Numbered from the whole stretch's first letter, positions 1 to 12,431 are shown. The stretch: DNA of 61,256 bases, filler included, from Aduncisulcus paluster (GCA_024181965.1; 6 parts of 6 records of this genome joined end to end with filler, not necessarily neighbours in it); one strand, 5' to 3'. The notes: generated from the letters alone by a model not told the origin. Numbers and translations are program-made.

Positions 1-3000
1 GAAAAACCTAGATTACAAGAAAAACGGACACGAGAGAAGGAAGAGGAGGAAGAAGACAGTATTCTTGAACTTGATGGATCCTCTTCCTCTCCAATTGAAG
101 CCTCAAATGAGTCAGTGTTTAACCCTGAGTTTATTCATGAAGGTGATTTGGAGAGTATTCCAATTTCACGAGATGCCCCAATCATTGTACATCCGTGTTA
201 TTCTAAGATTAAGGTAACCGATAATTCTTTAAATTCGTCATCGAGATATTATGATCTTAATACCCAAGTTCTTGGAATGTTTAGAGGGGAAGATCGATCT
301 GTATTCTTATCCCATCTCTTCATTCCTTTCCAAATAACCAGTGATATTAAAGGTGCGTATATTTGTGTGAATAAGTATTATAGTTCGCGATCTCTCATAT
401 TTACTTTCTCTCGTACTCCCGTACATTCCAAAAACAAGGAAGGAAAAGTTACAAAACAATTTAACTTCTCACCACCACAGAATTTATTCGAATGGTATTT
501 TCTACCTATTCATATGCAGGATGTTTCTTGTTGTGAGATTGAGGGAAAGGAATCTTGGAGTTTAAAAAGTGGAAATTTTGTGATTAAATCACTTGTTTTC
601 ATTCGTGAGGAATCTGATGAAGAATCTAATTATAAATTATTGAAATCTACAAACCTAACAAGAAAATGGGATGAAGCTGTATGTTTTTAGATTTTTATTG
701 GTTTTATTATGTATATTTTAATTATTGTTATCATTATTTTTTATTAATTTATAATCCTATTTCTATTTTTAGATTATTGTAAAACCTATCCCACTTAAAT
801 CGAGACCTTTGGAAGTATATTGTGATAATCCTCATGTTATTTCTCCTAATTTCTCCAGAATACGAGCAATTAATGATACAAAGAGCAAGGAATCAAAGGA
901 CTATAATGTTGCAAAGAAATTCTTGGAGTTCGGGGTTGAGAGTGGACACAAGAAGGAATTTGAAGTGTCACTGACCTCGGTTTTCTTCCCGTTTGCAATT
1001 CCACATGATATTAAGGGAATTAATATGCGCATCAACAAGTTTTGGAGTTCACCTTCACTTTTATTCGTGTTTATTCATTCCAATCGGAAGAAAACTATGA
1101 AAAAATGTCAATTGTTAAGACCTGGTGTTCCGTCATATTCCTGGATATTTATTCCTTTTAATGTGAAAGACATCATTTCTTGTGAAATTGTTGGAAAAGG
1201 AACATGGAAACATCGGAATAGTCGATGTTTCACACTTTATGACTTTGGATTTGTTGAAGATTATCAACAGACAATATATAGTTCATCATCTTCCTCTTCT
1301 GATGTGTTTGATAACATTCATGATGAGGATTCACAAAGCGTTGTGTTCCGCACCAAGAAATCCACCACAAAGGTACCTTCATCTTCTTCATCTTCTTCAA
1401 CTTCACTTCCTACTTCTCAAAACCCCTCTCAACCGCCTGTTTTATCAACAGAAAGTCCTCAACATCAAAAATCATTACCTCCTCCTATTTTTGATGAAAA
1501 GATGACCCTGCCATCACTCAGTGATGAAACTCCAGCTTGGGCCATTACTCAATCTTCCTCATCTCCATTCTCTTCTGGGACTATTTATAGAAATCCTCAA
1601 CCTAAACTAGTGGATATGCCACTGCTTTCCGGTCACATTGATCAAGATCCGCCTCTTCCAAAAGTAGATCCCTCCATTTTCGAAGTATCTCCTCAATATG
1701 TAGGTCGAAATGACGATTTTCCTCTTATGTGGAGTGATTCGAGAATAATTCTTCCTTCAATTCACGGAGTTACATCAGTTGATAAAACTGAGAAAATGTC
1801 ATCGAGGGAATATGATACTAGTTCAAAGGCTAAGTCTATGTTGAAAGGTGAATCGGCTCTTTGGTTCTCAGAAATGTCCATCCCTTTTCATGAGCTTGAA
1901 TCTGTGAAAGGTGCATATATTTGTGTTGAGAAGAATGGGAGTTCTCCGATTCTTGTCTTTACTTTTTCTTGTCAGCTTGCTAAGACCACATTGTCTGATA
2001 ATGTTGTGATCAAATTTGAATTTCCAAAGCCAAGTCACAGCGAGCAATGGTATTTCCTTCCTATCGATTTGATTGGAGTCCAATCGTGTAAGATTACTGG
2101 GAAAGGAAACTGGGGAGCTAAATGGAGTTTAGGTTTCACGATAACTTCATTGGTGTTTATTCGAGATGAAACTTCTGAACAAGAGTTGGCTCGCACCTCA
2201 AAGGAAGCTGCGTTACAAAAAATTTGGTTTGATACCCCAATCTGTGAGACAAAATTCATTTGTGAAGCTAACAAGAACTCTCTTCCTCTCTTTCGTGATT
2301 CTTCAACCACCATTGATATCCCTTCTGCTACAAAAGTAGTAGCCATGGATGAGACAAAGCGCCGGTTATCAAAACATTTTAATCAGGGTTTTAGAGCATT
2401 GAATATGCTTCGTGGAGGAAAAGAAATATCGATTTCTGCTATTTCAGTTCCATTTTCGTCAAAATATGATCTCAAAGGTTTGTATGTGTGTGTTGGAAAA
2501 GATGATAATCTTCCGCTGATTCTCACTTCATTTTGTGATTGTAATGGTTTGAAAACTTATAAGAAATTCCAATTTATGCGTTCGGGTTCTCGAAGTGACG
2601 ACACTTTTCCCGATGATTCAAATGTATTAGAATGGCATTATTTCCCTGTCGATTTGGATAATATTGTAAGATTTGAAATTGAAGGAATTGACCGGGTTTC
2701 TAGAACAAGAACAACAGGAAAGTTTTGCAAGATTTCTTTTGAGTTTTCTTCCCTAATATTTATTCGAAAAGAACCAATCGACGAAGAAACAATTCGGTTG
2801 GCCGATGATTCCTCTTTTAATCACTTGTGGGATGATATTCCCTTATCTGTGGCTCAATTCCTTGATTGGGGAAATAATCCTGATCCTAATTTTCCTCCTT
2901 TTCTCCAAGATTATTCAAAAATAATTTCGGTTTCTCCTTCTTCAATTAGTGGTAAGAATGAATCTAAAAATAGAACTTCGAAAGAATCTGATAAATCAAA

Positions 3001-6000
3001 AGAAGCAAAAGCCATTATTGAAGGGAAAGAAAAGAAATCATTCACTTTTTCTCACTTAACAATCTCGTTTAATTGTGCATATTCTTTACGAGGAATTCGA
3101 ACACGTATTGATCTCCATCATGACTCGAATCTTGTGCTTTTGTGTACATTTTTTCAATCCGATGGGGCAAAATGCGTCAAAAAATATCAATTTGAGAACC
3201 CACACCCATATCAATATTGTGCAACTTGGCAATATCTCGAAGTTGACTTGCCTAATGTTGAAAGGTGTGAAATTCAAGGTAAAATGGAATGGAATGGGAA
3301 ATTGAACCGATGTTTTAATGTTAATTCTCTATATTTCATTCGAACAATGAATGAAAAGGAACAAATATTCATTGAATCATTAAATCTGGCATCTATTTTT
3401 AGACATGAAGTTATTATTGGAAAGGAAAGATTCTTTACTCGGTTTGGCACTGATCCAATAACTATTAAACCTGATTTAGTGGGAATTTCTGCATATAATT
3501 CGGCTCGACTTCCCGGAGAAAAAGGTTATGATGTTTCAAAAAGAGTTCAATCAATGCTTGAATCTGGTAAACCTGCTCGATTTTCTTATGCTAAAATACC
3601 ATTTGCTGATCCAATCTCCATAAAAGGAGCATACGTTGGTTTTAGTAAGATTCATGGTCCCAAATCTCCCCTTTTCACATTCACCATGTCTGATAATCGT
3701 AAAGTCATCATAAAGTGTGTAATTAAAAGGCCTTCAACTGTGAGTGGACGATATTTTTTGCCTATTGACTTGAATAATGTAATTTGTTGTGAGATTGAAG
3801 GGAAAGGAACATGGAGTAACAAACATCTCTGTAATTTTATGATAGGATCCCTGGTATTTGTAAAAGGAGATATTGATACATCAATATCTCACTCATTTTT
3901 CAATCCTGAGAAAGTTTCTAAAAATAGATGTATTGGAGTTTCATCTTCATTGTCTCACAGTATCATTGAAGATGAAGCCGAAAAAGATCCTGTAATTTCC
4001 ACATCAAAATCTCCTCAAGCTTCACATGATGATAAATTGGATGTTAATGAGAGGATTGGAAAAGAAAAAAATGATGGAACTAAAATGAAAAGAAGATTAT
4101 CATTCCATTCGGACACCACAATATCCCTTCCAAAAGGTAAAGAAGAAAAAGAGAATGAGGAGACTCAAGTTCTCAAACCATCAGGAAACCCCACTGTTTT
4201 TGAAGAAGTTGGTGATACTCTGGACCAAGAAAAAGAAGAGGAAGTTGATGATGGCTCTCTTTGTCTTGGAGATAAATCGTCTGTGATATCTACAACGGAG
4301 TATATTAATCATAATACATTTCAGGCGTCAACCTTGATGCTTCCTCAAAGTTCTGATGAATTTAAACAAAGCAAACTTATTAAAAATCCAGACAAGAGTC
4401 ATGTGCAATCAAAAGAAAGCGATCTTAAAGAAGATTCTAAACAGATATTGGTGGAAAATAAGATATCTAGTCCCAAAACAATTATTAGCAAAATTGAATC
4501 TTCAATGATGAACGAAAAAGAAGAAGAAAATGATGATATTCTTTCTGAAGCTAAAGTCCCACAAGTAGTATCTGATTGTTCAGACCGAGTAACTGTGAAT
4601 GAAGAAAAATGTCCAGTATATCCAGTCCAAAATACTCCAATGGCTCAAAACCAAATTTCATCAAAATTATTTTGTGATGAAATGATTTTGAAATCTTCCG
4701 ATTTAATCACCCCTCTATATTGTCTTGGCAAAGGCAAATTTGGAGAGGTTCTTCTCGTGAATGTCAAGGGCATTTCTTTGCCATGTGTTCTGAAGAAGAT
4801 GCTCAGGGTTGCTGATAAAAGAGTTGTTAAAGATTGTCGCAAGGAGTTTAAAGTGCAACTCAAGATTTATAATAATCCGAAATGTTTCACTCGTATCCCA
4901 CAGCCTCTGTACATCCTCGACCTCCTTGATGCAGACATGAAGGGTGTATATGGATTTATAACAGAGTTCTGTGTTGGAGGCAGTGTGGATGAGTTTTCAA
5001 AGAATTGGTGTGCTGATGGTAAGTATGTGTGCGATGATTACGATTATTCTGAGAGTGATGATCCTGAGGATTCGAGTTCTTCAACTTCAGGGAATGAGTC
5101 AATATTGAAACCATTTGATCCCATGACTCTGAACCCTTTAAAAGTGTGTTCATTATGCGTTGGGATGATTGAATGTCTTTATGANNNNNNNNNNNNNNNN
5201 NNNNACAGAGTTCTGTGTTGGAGGCAGTGTGGATGAGTTTTCAAAGAATTGGTGTGCTGATGGTAAGTATGTGTGCGATGATTACGATTATTCTGAGAGT
5301 GATGATCCTGAGGATTCGAGTTCTTCAACTTCAGGGAATGAGTCAATATTGAAACCATTTGATCCCATGACTCTGAACCCTTTAAAAGTGTGTTCATTAT
5401 GCGTTGGGATGATTGAATGTCTTGATGATGTGTTTACAGCAAAGAAGAAACTTATTCATCGAGACATCAAACCTGAGAACTTCCTCATTCGTGTTGATCC
5501 CAATTCAAAACAATTCACTGTTGTTCTTTGTGATGTCGGCCTATCAAGAATTCAAGATTGTTTATCTTCTTCAAGTGTTGCAAAATCTTTTTTATCTTCT
5601 TCATCTCTTGAATGTTCAAGTTCTGATCAATTCGTTTGTTCGTATGGCTATTATGCGTATGAAATGCTGGTTGATGGACTTCCTTCACAATTGAGTGATG
5701 CTTATTCTCTTGGAATGTCCATTCTATCGTTATTTTTATGTTCAATGCCATTTTCTGATCATCCCCTGTTGAAGGGAATCAGCACTCCAATCGAATATGT
5801 TCATAAATTATCGGATATGATTTCAAGATCATTAACCCCAAAACTCTCAAGTTCTCCTCTTTTTAATTCTTTGTTGACTATTGAAGAAGGTACATATATT
5901 CCTGTTCATTCGTGTTTAAATGAGGTATTTTTGGGTTTGACGCAGAGTAATCCGATGAAAAGAATGAGTGTTCATGATGCAAGAGTTAAAGTCCAATCGA

Positions 6001-6158
6001 TTAAATCGCTTCTTCCTTCAATTGGAGAGGGATGGAAGACATGTACCGGAAAGGATGGTGATATTCTCGATGGAAAACGCCGAGTTCATGATAAGGACAG
6101 AGAAAATTCGTGGATATCACGAAAAAAGAAGGCATTGCCACATGATCTGTGGTATTAG
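1..6158 (+). CDS. Large Ser/Thr protein kinase with at least 6 N-terminal copies of a ~170-aa repeat domain; 5'-partial; exons <1-678 and 773-6158 (N-gap 5185-5204 with duplicated overlap)
   Basis: The frame is open from base 1. A phase-0 intron at 679-772 (GTATGT...TTTTTAG) joins WDEA|IIVKP in frame with ORF 809-5236. The repeat motif SHL.IPF...KGAYICV...SSP.L.FTF...WYFLPIDL..V..CEIEGKG recurs. Kinase motifs are GKGKFG, VLKKML, HRDIKPEN, DVG, AYE and DAYSLG. Bases 4961-5184 are repeated at 5205-5428. Confidence 0.85.
679..772 (+). other. Spliceosomal intron (94 nt)
   Basis: GTATGT donor, T-rich body, TTTTTAG acceptor. Removing it fuses two ORFs in frame and restores the repeat consensus W.EA.(I/V)VKP. 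Confidence 0.85.
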
Positions 6159-6212
6159 GGATTTATTCATATCGATTGGAATCTTGGAAGACCTCCTTCA
6201 TTCCCACTGGTT

Positions 6213-6773
6213 ATGTCAATAGATGATTCCCTGTACAAGACCTCTGGATGGTATGACACAAGTATACAGGCACGAGATATGTTGAAAGTCGGTCATGATG
6301 TATTATTATCACATCTTTCCATTCCTTTTCCATCTCCTAGTCCTATGAAAGGAGCTTATATCTGTGTGTATAAGAATCACAGTTCACCATCTCTCCTCTT
6401 CACTTTCACTGATTCTGATGGTAAGAAGATATCCAAGAAGTATGAATTCCCAGAACCTGAGTTTACTTTTGCATGGTTCTTCCTTCCTATTGATTTGGAT
6501 AATGTTGTATTGTGTGAGATCGAAGGAAAAGGGATGTGGGAAAACAAGAAATGTCGGAATTTCGTCATCTCCTCACTTGTGTTTACTATGCCAGAGGAAA
6601 GAATCGGATCTGAACCATTATCTTGCCTACCTTTCGAACATTCCATAGATGATAATTATCATCATGATAATGAGACTCGCATTGAAAGCAAAGAGGGGAG
6701 AAAGGATGAGGAAGAAGAAAAAGGGATGTGGGCCCACAGCATCTTCTTTTATCTATCGAGATTGGAGCTTTAA
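6213..6773 (+). CDS. Single-copy repeat-domain protein (same domain as the upstream kinase); possibly truncated or a pseudogene
   Basis: Contains LSHLSIPFPSPSPMKGAYICV...SSPSLLFTFTDSDGKK...WFFLPIDLDNVVLCEIEGKG. It is in the same frame as the kinase and separated from it by one TAG at 6156-6158. Confidence 0.6.
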   Translation: MSIDDSLYKTSGWYDTSIQARDMLKVGHDVLLSHLSIPFPSPSPMKGAYICVYKNHSSPSLLFTFTDSDGKKISKKYEFPEPEFTFAWFFLPIDLDNVVLCEIEGKGMWENKKCRNFVISSLVFTMPEERIGSEPLSCLPFEHSIDDNYHHDNETRIESKEGRKDEEEEKGMWAHSIFFYLSRLEL

Positions 6774-7341
6774 AGTAAATTTTTTATGCTTATCAAATAC
6801 TGGATATTGCAAAAAACAGTGCAAGTTACGATTTTTGATCTTAGACCAACAATATGACAAAATTCAATGAGTCGATGATATTTACAATATTCACAGATTT
6901 CAATTGCAACTTATCGGCATATTTTGCCACCTTATAATCCAATATGTTAACAAAACTCAGAGGTAGGAAGCGATTTTGTGGCAGGAGTGGACTCACAAGG
7001 ATGGCATGCAATATATGGTGCAAAGGAAAAGTTAATATACTTTAATTTATATAGTATACAATATTACTTTCCAAGAGTGTCAATCGGGGGTTGTGAGTTT
7101 GGACATCATCTTTTTCGGCGGTAAAAACAAATGGTATGTTTACTATATGTTACATCTTTTATTAAATGTACATTAAAGCATATGTTAATTGGTTTCTTCT
7201 TATTATACTAATTATATTGTGCTCTTTGGTCGTTTTGTCTTTTTCTCGGACTTTTCTCTCTTGATATTCGCATTATTGTTTGATTATTGATATCATGGTT
7301 TTGTTTGTTTTTATTATACATAATATTCTATCTCTAGTCAA

Positions 7342-8412
7342 ATGAGTTCAACCACATGTGTTATTCTAACCGTGGAACCTGAATTTATTCATAAAGGAAG
7401 TTACTATTGTTGTCCAATTCCTCGAGATGCCCCCAATATTAAGAGTGTAGAGTTTCCAAGTTTCAAAGCAATTGATGGAACCAAGGAAGAAGGTGTTGAA
7501 GAGTACATGATGAAAGGGGAGGGGAGTTGTGGAAACTCTGCCAATATCTCTATTCCTTTCTCTTCATCTATCCCAATGGAAGGTGCTTATATCTGTCTAT
7601 CAAGTTATCCTTCTTCTCCATCTCACCTTATCTTCACTCTCACATCTTCGAAAGGCGAGAAAACATCCAAGAAATACGAATTTCATGAATTTGAAGAATA
7701 TCGTTGGTATTTCCTTCCTGTTGATCTCCCTGATGTTGTTCTGTGTGAGATCACAGGGAAAGGAAGAGAGAAAGAATATTTTAGAATTGAAACTCTCATT
7801 TTCTTTCGAGAAGAAACACCAGAAGAAACCATAGCCCGTGAAACCGGAGAAAAAGGCTGGTCTGAAGCTCCAGTTGTGAAACCAGAGTTTGTTAAGGAAG
7901 GAGATAGAAAATCTAAAGGTAGACATTCTATTCCCATTGCACGTGATGACCCAAAACTTGTGCATCATACACTCTCAATGGTTAATTGTAAAGATGATGC
8001 TTTTAGAAAGGAATCTAGGTATTATGATAGGAGGTCAAATGCACAAAAAATGTTAAAGGGGAAATATTATGTACAATTATCCTATCTTTCCATCCCTTTT
8101 CTGGTTCCCAGTCCTTTGAAAGGCGCCTATATCTGTGTGGATGCGTATAATAGTTCGCCCTCTCTTCTCTTCACTTTCACTGATTGTGATGGTAAGAAGA
8201 CATCCAAGAAGTATGAATTCAGAAAACCTGAACATGATTATGAATGGCACTTCCTCCCTATTGATTTGCATAATGTTGTATTGTGTGAGATTGAAGGGAA
8301 AGGAATGTGGAGAGAGAAGAATAGTCGACATTTCTGCATTTATTCCCTTGTTTTTACTGTCATTCCGGAGAAAATTATTGCTGAACGATTATCGATACTT
8401 CCATGGAAATAA
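7342..8412 (+). CDS. Two-copy repeat-domain protein without a kinase domain
   Basis: ATG-initiated 356-aa ORF with two tandem PEF...IPI.RD.P...GAYIC...KKYEF...W.FLP.DL..VVLCEI.GKG units. Confidence 0.8.
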   Translation: MSSTTCVILTVEPEFIHKGSYYCCPIPRDAPNIKSVEFPSFKAIDGTKEEGVEEYMMKGEGSCGNSANISIPFSSSIPMEGAYICLSSYPSSPSHLIFTLTSSKGEKTSKKYEFHEFEEYRWYFLPVDLPDVVLCEITGKGREKEYFRIETLIFFREETPEETIARETGEKGWSEAPVVKPEFVKEGDRKSKGRHSIPIARDDPKLVHHTLSMVNCKDDAFRKESRYYDRRSNAQKMLKGKYYVQLSYLSIPFLVPSPLKGAYICVDAYNSSPSLLFTFTDCDGKKTSKKYEFRKPEHDYEWHFLPIDLHNVVLCEIEGKGMWREKNSRHFCIYSLVFTVIPEKIIAERLSILPWK

Positions 8413-8949
8413 TCCAAGCAATGACAGTGTCATTGACACTTCCATGAAAGCAATTATAATGATTATACGATAGTATCGTAACGTGCCAAAGGAGACGAGT
8501 GGCTCTTCTCAATGATATATTCAATGCCATATCAAAACGAAAAAATGGATCAAAATAAAAGATTATTAAATTAAACTGAAGAAAATCAAGATTTAATCCT
8601 GTTTTTCAAACATTACCAAGGAATTATGAGAAATATCCAATAACCGCATATAAAACCAATCGACCAATTCTATTTTTAGAAATTCTATTTTTAGAAACAT
8701 CAAAATAATAATTGTCATTTTTCATCAATTAACACTCTTTCATTCTTGATCATCCTTCCAAAAGCAATATTTTCACACAATTCCAAGATTTTCCACCCGA
8801 AAAGAGCCTGAAAAAGGTGAACTCCCTTTGAAAATATTCCAATATGTTTTGTTGATTGTTTATCCTTAAAAGCGCATGTAACAAGCTGNNNNNNNNNNNN
8901 NNNNNNNNTTTTAGAAATTCTATTTTTAGAAACATCAAAATAATAATTG

Positions 8950-10560
8950 TCATTTTTCATCAATTAACACTCTTTCATTCTTGATCATCCTTCCAAAAGC
9001 AATATTTTCACACAATTCCAAGATTTTCCACCCGAAAAGAGCCTGAAAAAGGTGAACTCCCTTTGAAAATATTCCAATATGTTTTGTTGATTGTTTATCC
9101 TTAAAAGCGCATGTAACAAGCTGGCCAGCAACATCATCTGCGTGAGAACCAGTCAGAGATTCCATATTTCGAACTATGATGTTACTCCTTTGAAGTCTTT
9201 TCTTTGTTAGGCTTCTCTTATAAAATGAAGTTTTCGAAACTGTCCCTGGACACCCACATCCAATATCAATCCCACTATTTATATACTCTGAATACAACGC
9301 TCTTGCCAAACCTGTGATTGCATGCTTGTTACTGGAATAGAGAGAGATCAAAGGTAAAGGAGCCTCCCCAAGGATAGAAGATGTGAATGTAATGTTACCA
9401 ACATGTTTTAAACCCATTTTTTTACGAGTAATTGAAAGTTTCCTCATGAAATATTTCGCCATATGAACTTGACATGTATAGTTCAAGTCAATCTGATTCT
9501 GAATAACACTATGAGATAATGACTCAAACACAGTAAATTCTCCACCTCCAGCATTTAAATATATCATTCGGATATCATATTCGTTCAATAACCTATCGAA
9601 TATTTCAATATACCTTGGAATATGTGTTTCTCCATCAAATAGCATTTTTGAAACAATGGAAGTTGATTTTGAAACCATAGAAGACGATTCAACAACATCC
9701 ATTCGAATAATACGAACCGAAACACCTTCAATGGCAGCTCTTAAGGCAACTTGAGCAAGCTTCTCGATGTTTCGACCAAAAATGATTATTGGTATTCCAC
9801 AAGTGGCAAGAATAGCAGAAATATGTGATCCAATACCACCAGATCCACCACTAACAAAAGCCCATGAATTTGAATCCATGGTATAACGCTTTGTTGATGC
9901 TTTCTTAACACGACGCAAAACGAATGGAGGATACAATGTATAATCATCTAACATTTTCTGAAAAGTATCATCTTTCCTCAAAATATCAAAAAACGGATTC
10001 CAAAGTTTGGAAGAACAATGATTTTGAAAATTTAGTTTGGCTGGGATGAATGTTTTGGAAGAGGACATTCCTATACAGTCAAAATATTGAATTTTTGATA
10101 TAACATTCGTTAAATTTTCTGAATTTTGTTGTATTAACTTTATCTTATTTTTCGCCCGCTTATTTCTCCAAGAAATAAGAAGAGAAATTGGGAGGGACAC
10201 AAAAAGAGAACAGAGAAATCCAAGAATCAACCTTAAAATGCGAAATAAACAAATGAGAGCAAAAATTATGGCAATTAAAAATACGGTGAATACTAGTTTA
10301 TCCGCCCAGGATGCTGAAGAATCTCTCAAACAATTCAAATCCATATAGAGATTTTCTAGAAAGATAAAATACTTTCCAAATATCTTTTTCATATATTCAC
10401 ATAATAATTTCATAAAAATACGATAAATTTCTTCCTTCCCCATTCCAAATCGGACAAAAAAAAGAATTCTGATTATCATTGTCAGTGACAGAACTACAAA
10501 CTTGCATACCACGAATGTCGTGAGATTACAGTGTAAAATATCGGGATCATCACAATTCAT
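8950..10560 (-). CDS. Membrane-anchored short-chain dehydrogenase/reductase (3-ketoacyl-CoA reductase/17-beta-HSD-like); true start may be the ATG at 10344
   Basis: Rossmann motif SGGSGGIG, LNAG, catalytic Ser (TSS) and YSSNK (YxxxK); N-terminal hydrophobic segments. Confidence 0.85.
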   Translation of the reverse strand: MNCDDPDILHCNLTTFVVCKFVVLSLTMIIRILFFVRFGMGKEEIYRIFMKLLCEYMKKIFGKYFIFLENLYMDLNCLRDSSASWADKLVFTVFLIAIIFALICLFRILRLILGFLCSLFVSLPISLLISWRNKRAKNKIKLIQQNSENLTNVISKIQYFDCIGMSSSKTFIPAKLNFQNHCSSKLWNPFFDILRKDDTFQKMLDDYTLYPPFVLRRVKKASTKRYTMDSNSWAFVSGGSGGIGSHISAILATCGIPIIIFGRNIEKLAQVALRAAIEGVSVRIIRMDVVESSSMVSKSTSIVSKMLFDGETHIPRYIEIFDRLLNEYDIRMIYLNAGGGEFTVFESLSHSVIQNQIDLNYTCQVHMAKYFMRKLSITRKKMGLKHVGNITFTSSILGEAPLPLISLYSSNKHAITGLARALYSEYINSGIDIGCGCPGTVSKTSFYKRSLTKKRLQRSNIIVRNMESLTGSHADDVAGQLVTCAFKDKQSTKHIGIFSKGVHLFQALFGWKILELCENIAFGRMIKNERVLIDEK

Positions 10561-11044
10561 AAGTATTTATTTGTAACCATTAAGATATTCATTTGAACAA
10601 AACAACAATTTTACTAAAATTAACTCTTAGTAAGAGTTGTTTTCCTGATTAAAGATTNNNNNNNNNNNNNNNNNNNNAATCTCTCAAACAATTCAAATCC
10701 ATATAGAGATTTTCTAGAAAGATAAAATACTTTCCAAATATCTTTTTCATATATTCACATAATAATTTCATAAAAATACGATAAATTTCTTCCTTCCCCA
10801 TTCCAAATCGGACAAAAAAAAGAATTCTGATTATCATTGTCAGTGACAGAACTACAAACTTGCATACCACGAATGTCGTGAGATTACAGTGTAAAATATC
10901 GGGATCATCACAATTCATAAGTATTTATTTGTAACCATTAAGATATTCATTTGAACAAAACAACAATTTTACTAAAATTAACTCTTAGTAAGAGTTGTTT
11001 TCCTGATTAAAGATTTGTCAAAACATCAAATTATAGATTAACAT

Positions 11045-12313
11045 TTATATCTTTTTCCCCTCTGTCCTCTTAAAAATAACTTCTCCAACAATTGAAACTG
11101 CTATTTCTCCAGGAGTTGACCCACCAATTGGAAGACCAATGGGAGCTTTCATGAGGTCAAGGATTTTCTGAGTATATTCAGCGATTTTCACAGTTTCTTT
11201 TTCCTTTTTCAACTTTTCAATGTCAACCACCAAAGCATCTCTCACCATTTTGATCTTACGACTGCTTCCGATCATTCCAATGTACCTTGGAAGTTTCCCA
11301 TATTTGGCAGCAGCTTTTGCAAGAATTCGAAGAGATTTGAGATCATAGAAGTGTCCACGAGTGACAATAATGATATAAGAACATAAATGATCCAGTAAAG
11401 CTTCCTGTTGTCCTCCAAAGAAGCTGTGAGTGTCATCAGATTTCATATCGACACAATGAAGTGTGATTATGTTATCATCATGTGTTTGACTTTCAAGAAT
11501 ACTCGGACTAGGGCTTGAAGTTATTGGTTTCTCACCAAATCCCCGACCCATAGCATTCATGGCCTTCTTTTTTGCTGATATAAGCATATCTTCTCTATCA
11601 TCAAAAATATGAACTTTAAAACCACTGAGAGGTGCTATTCTCGCCACTGCTTGTCCAACATGACCGCTTCCAAGGACAAATAATGTTGGAGAGGACAACA
11701 CTGGAGCACAAACATAAAATGTCCCACCTGTAGCCGTAATAATACAAGTCTTAGCAGGTTCAGTTCCTAAAAGAAGCTTTTCTACATGAGATACCACTTC
11801 CGGAAGGACATCAATCTTTGCTTCACTTGTGATTGCTGGCAAAGATATTAAAATGTGCTTAAATGAACCTTTATCCACTTTGATACAATCAACAACCGAT
11901 CTATTAGCCTTTCTATGAGAAATAATTGATTTTATCACGGATACAGATTCAGAAGTGTTCATTTCCAACATCACTCGAAGACCTCCACCACATGTCATTC
12001 CACTGTTACTAACAACCTCATCTCTTAAAATAAATGTTTTTAACTTTACCTTTTCATGCGGTTTGTCTTCGCCAATCGGAGAACTCATTGATAAGAAATG
12101 TTTGATCATGTCTCGAGCTTCTTTTATAGCTTCAGCCTCAACAGCCCCTCCACCAATAGTACCACTAACTTTATCAATGCTTACAGCCATTCTAGCAGAT
12201 ACTGGGCAAGGAACAGATCCTGTAGAAGTGATGGGTACAACTTGGACTACAGGCTTTCTTTCTTCCCAACAATGCTCCAAAAAATGTAAAGCTTCATCAA
12301 GCGGAGTTGTCAT
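11045..12313 (-). CDS. xdhC: XdhC/CoxI family xanthine dehydrogenase accessory (molybdenum cofactor insertion) protein
   Basis: Motifs GSVP...ARMAV...GTIGGGAVE, GMTCGG, LFVLGSGHVG, DDR, IIVTRGH..D, YIGMIGS.RK and APIGLPIGGSTPGEIAVSI occur in canonical order; intronless. Confidence 0.9.
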   Translation of the reverse strand: MTTPLDEALHFLEHCWEERKPVVQVVPITSTGSVPCPVSARMAVSIDKVSGTIGGGAVEAEAIKEARDMIKHFLSMSSPIGEDKPHEKVKLKTFILRDEVVSNSGMTCGGGLRVMLEMNTSESVSVIKSIISHRKANRSVVDCIKVDKGSFKHILISLPAITSEAKIDVLPEVVSHVEKLLLGTEPAKTCIITATGGTFYVCAPVLSSPTLFVLGSGHVGQAVARIAPLSGFKVHIFDDREDMLISAKKKAMNAMGRGFGEKPITSSPSPSILESQTHDDNIITLHCVDMKSDDTHSFFGGQQEALLDHLCSYIIIVTRGHFYDLKSLRILAKAAAKYGKLPRYIGMIGSSRKIKMVRDALVVDIEKLKKEKETVKIAEYTQKILDLMKAPIGLPIGGSTPGEIAVSIVGEVIFKRTEGKKI

Positions 12314-12431
12314 TTTTTGCCAAAAAATTATTTAAGTGATCAAGAAAGGAGTTGAAAAAAACAAAAAAGAAAAATCGTTTCCTGTCAAAAACACATGAAC
12401 AAATAAAATCAACGGATAATAAATTTATTAA

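Noticed and set aside
4961-5428. Apparent tandem duplication and frameshift in the kinase
   Set aside because: The copies flank a 20-N gap, indicating an unmerged contig overlap.
8675-11014. Extra SDR 3' and 5' fragments (ORFs 8715-8963 and 10649-10918)
   Set aside because: Overlap duplicates at N-gaps 8889-8908 and 10658-10677.
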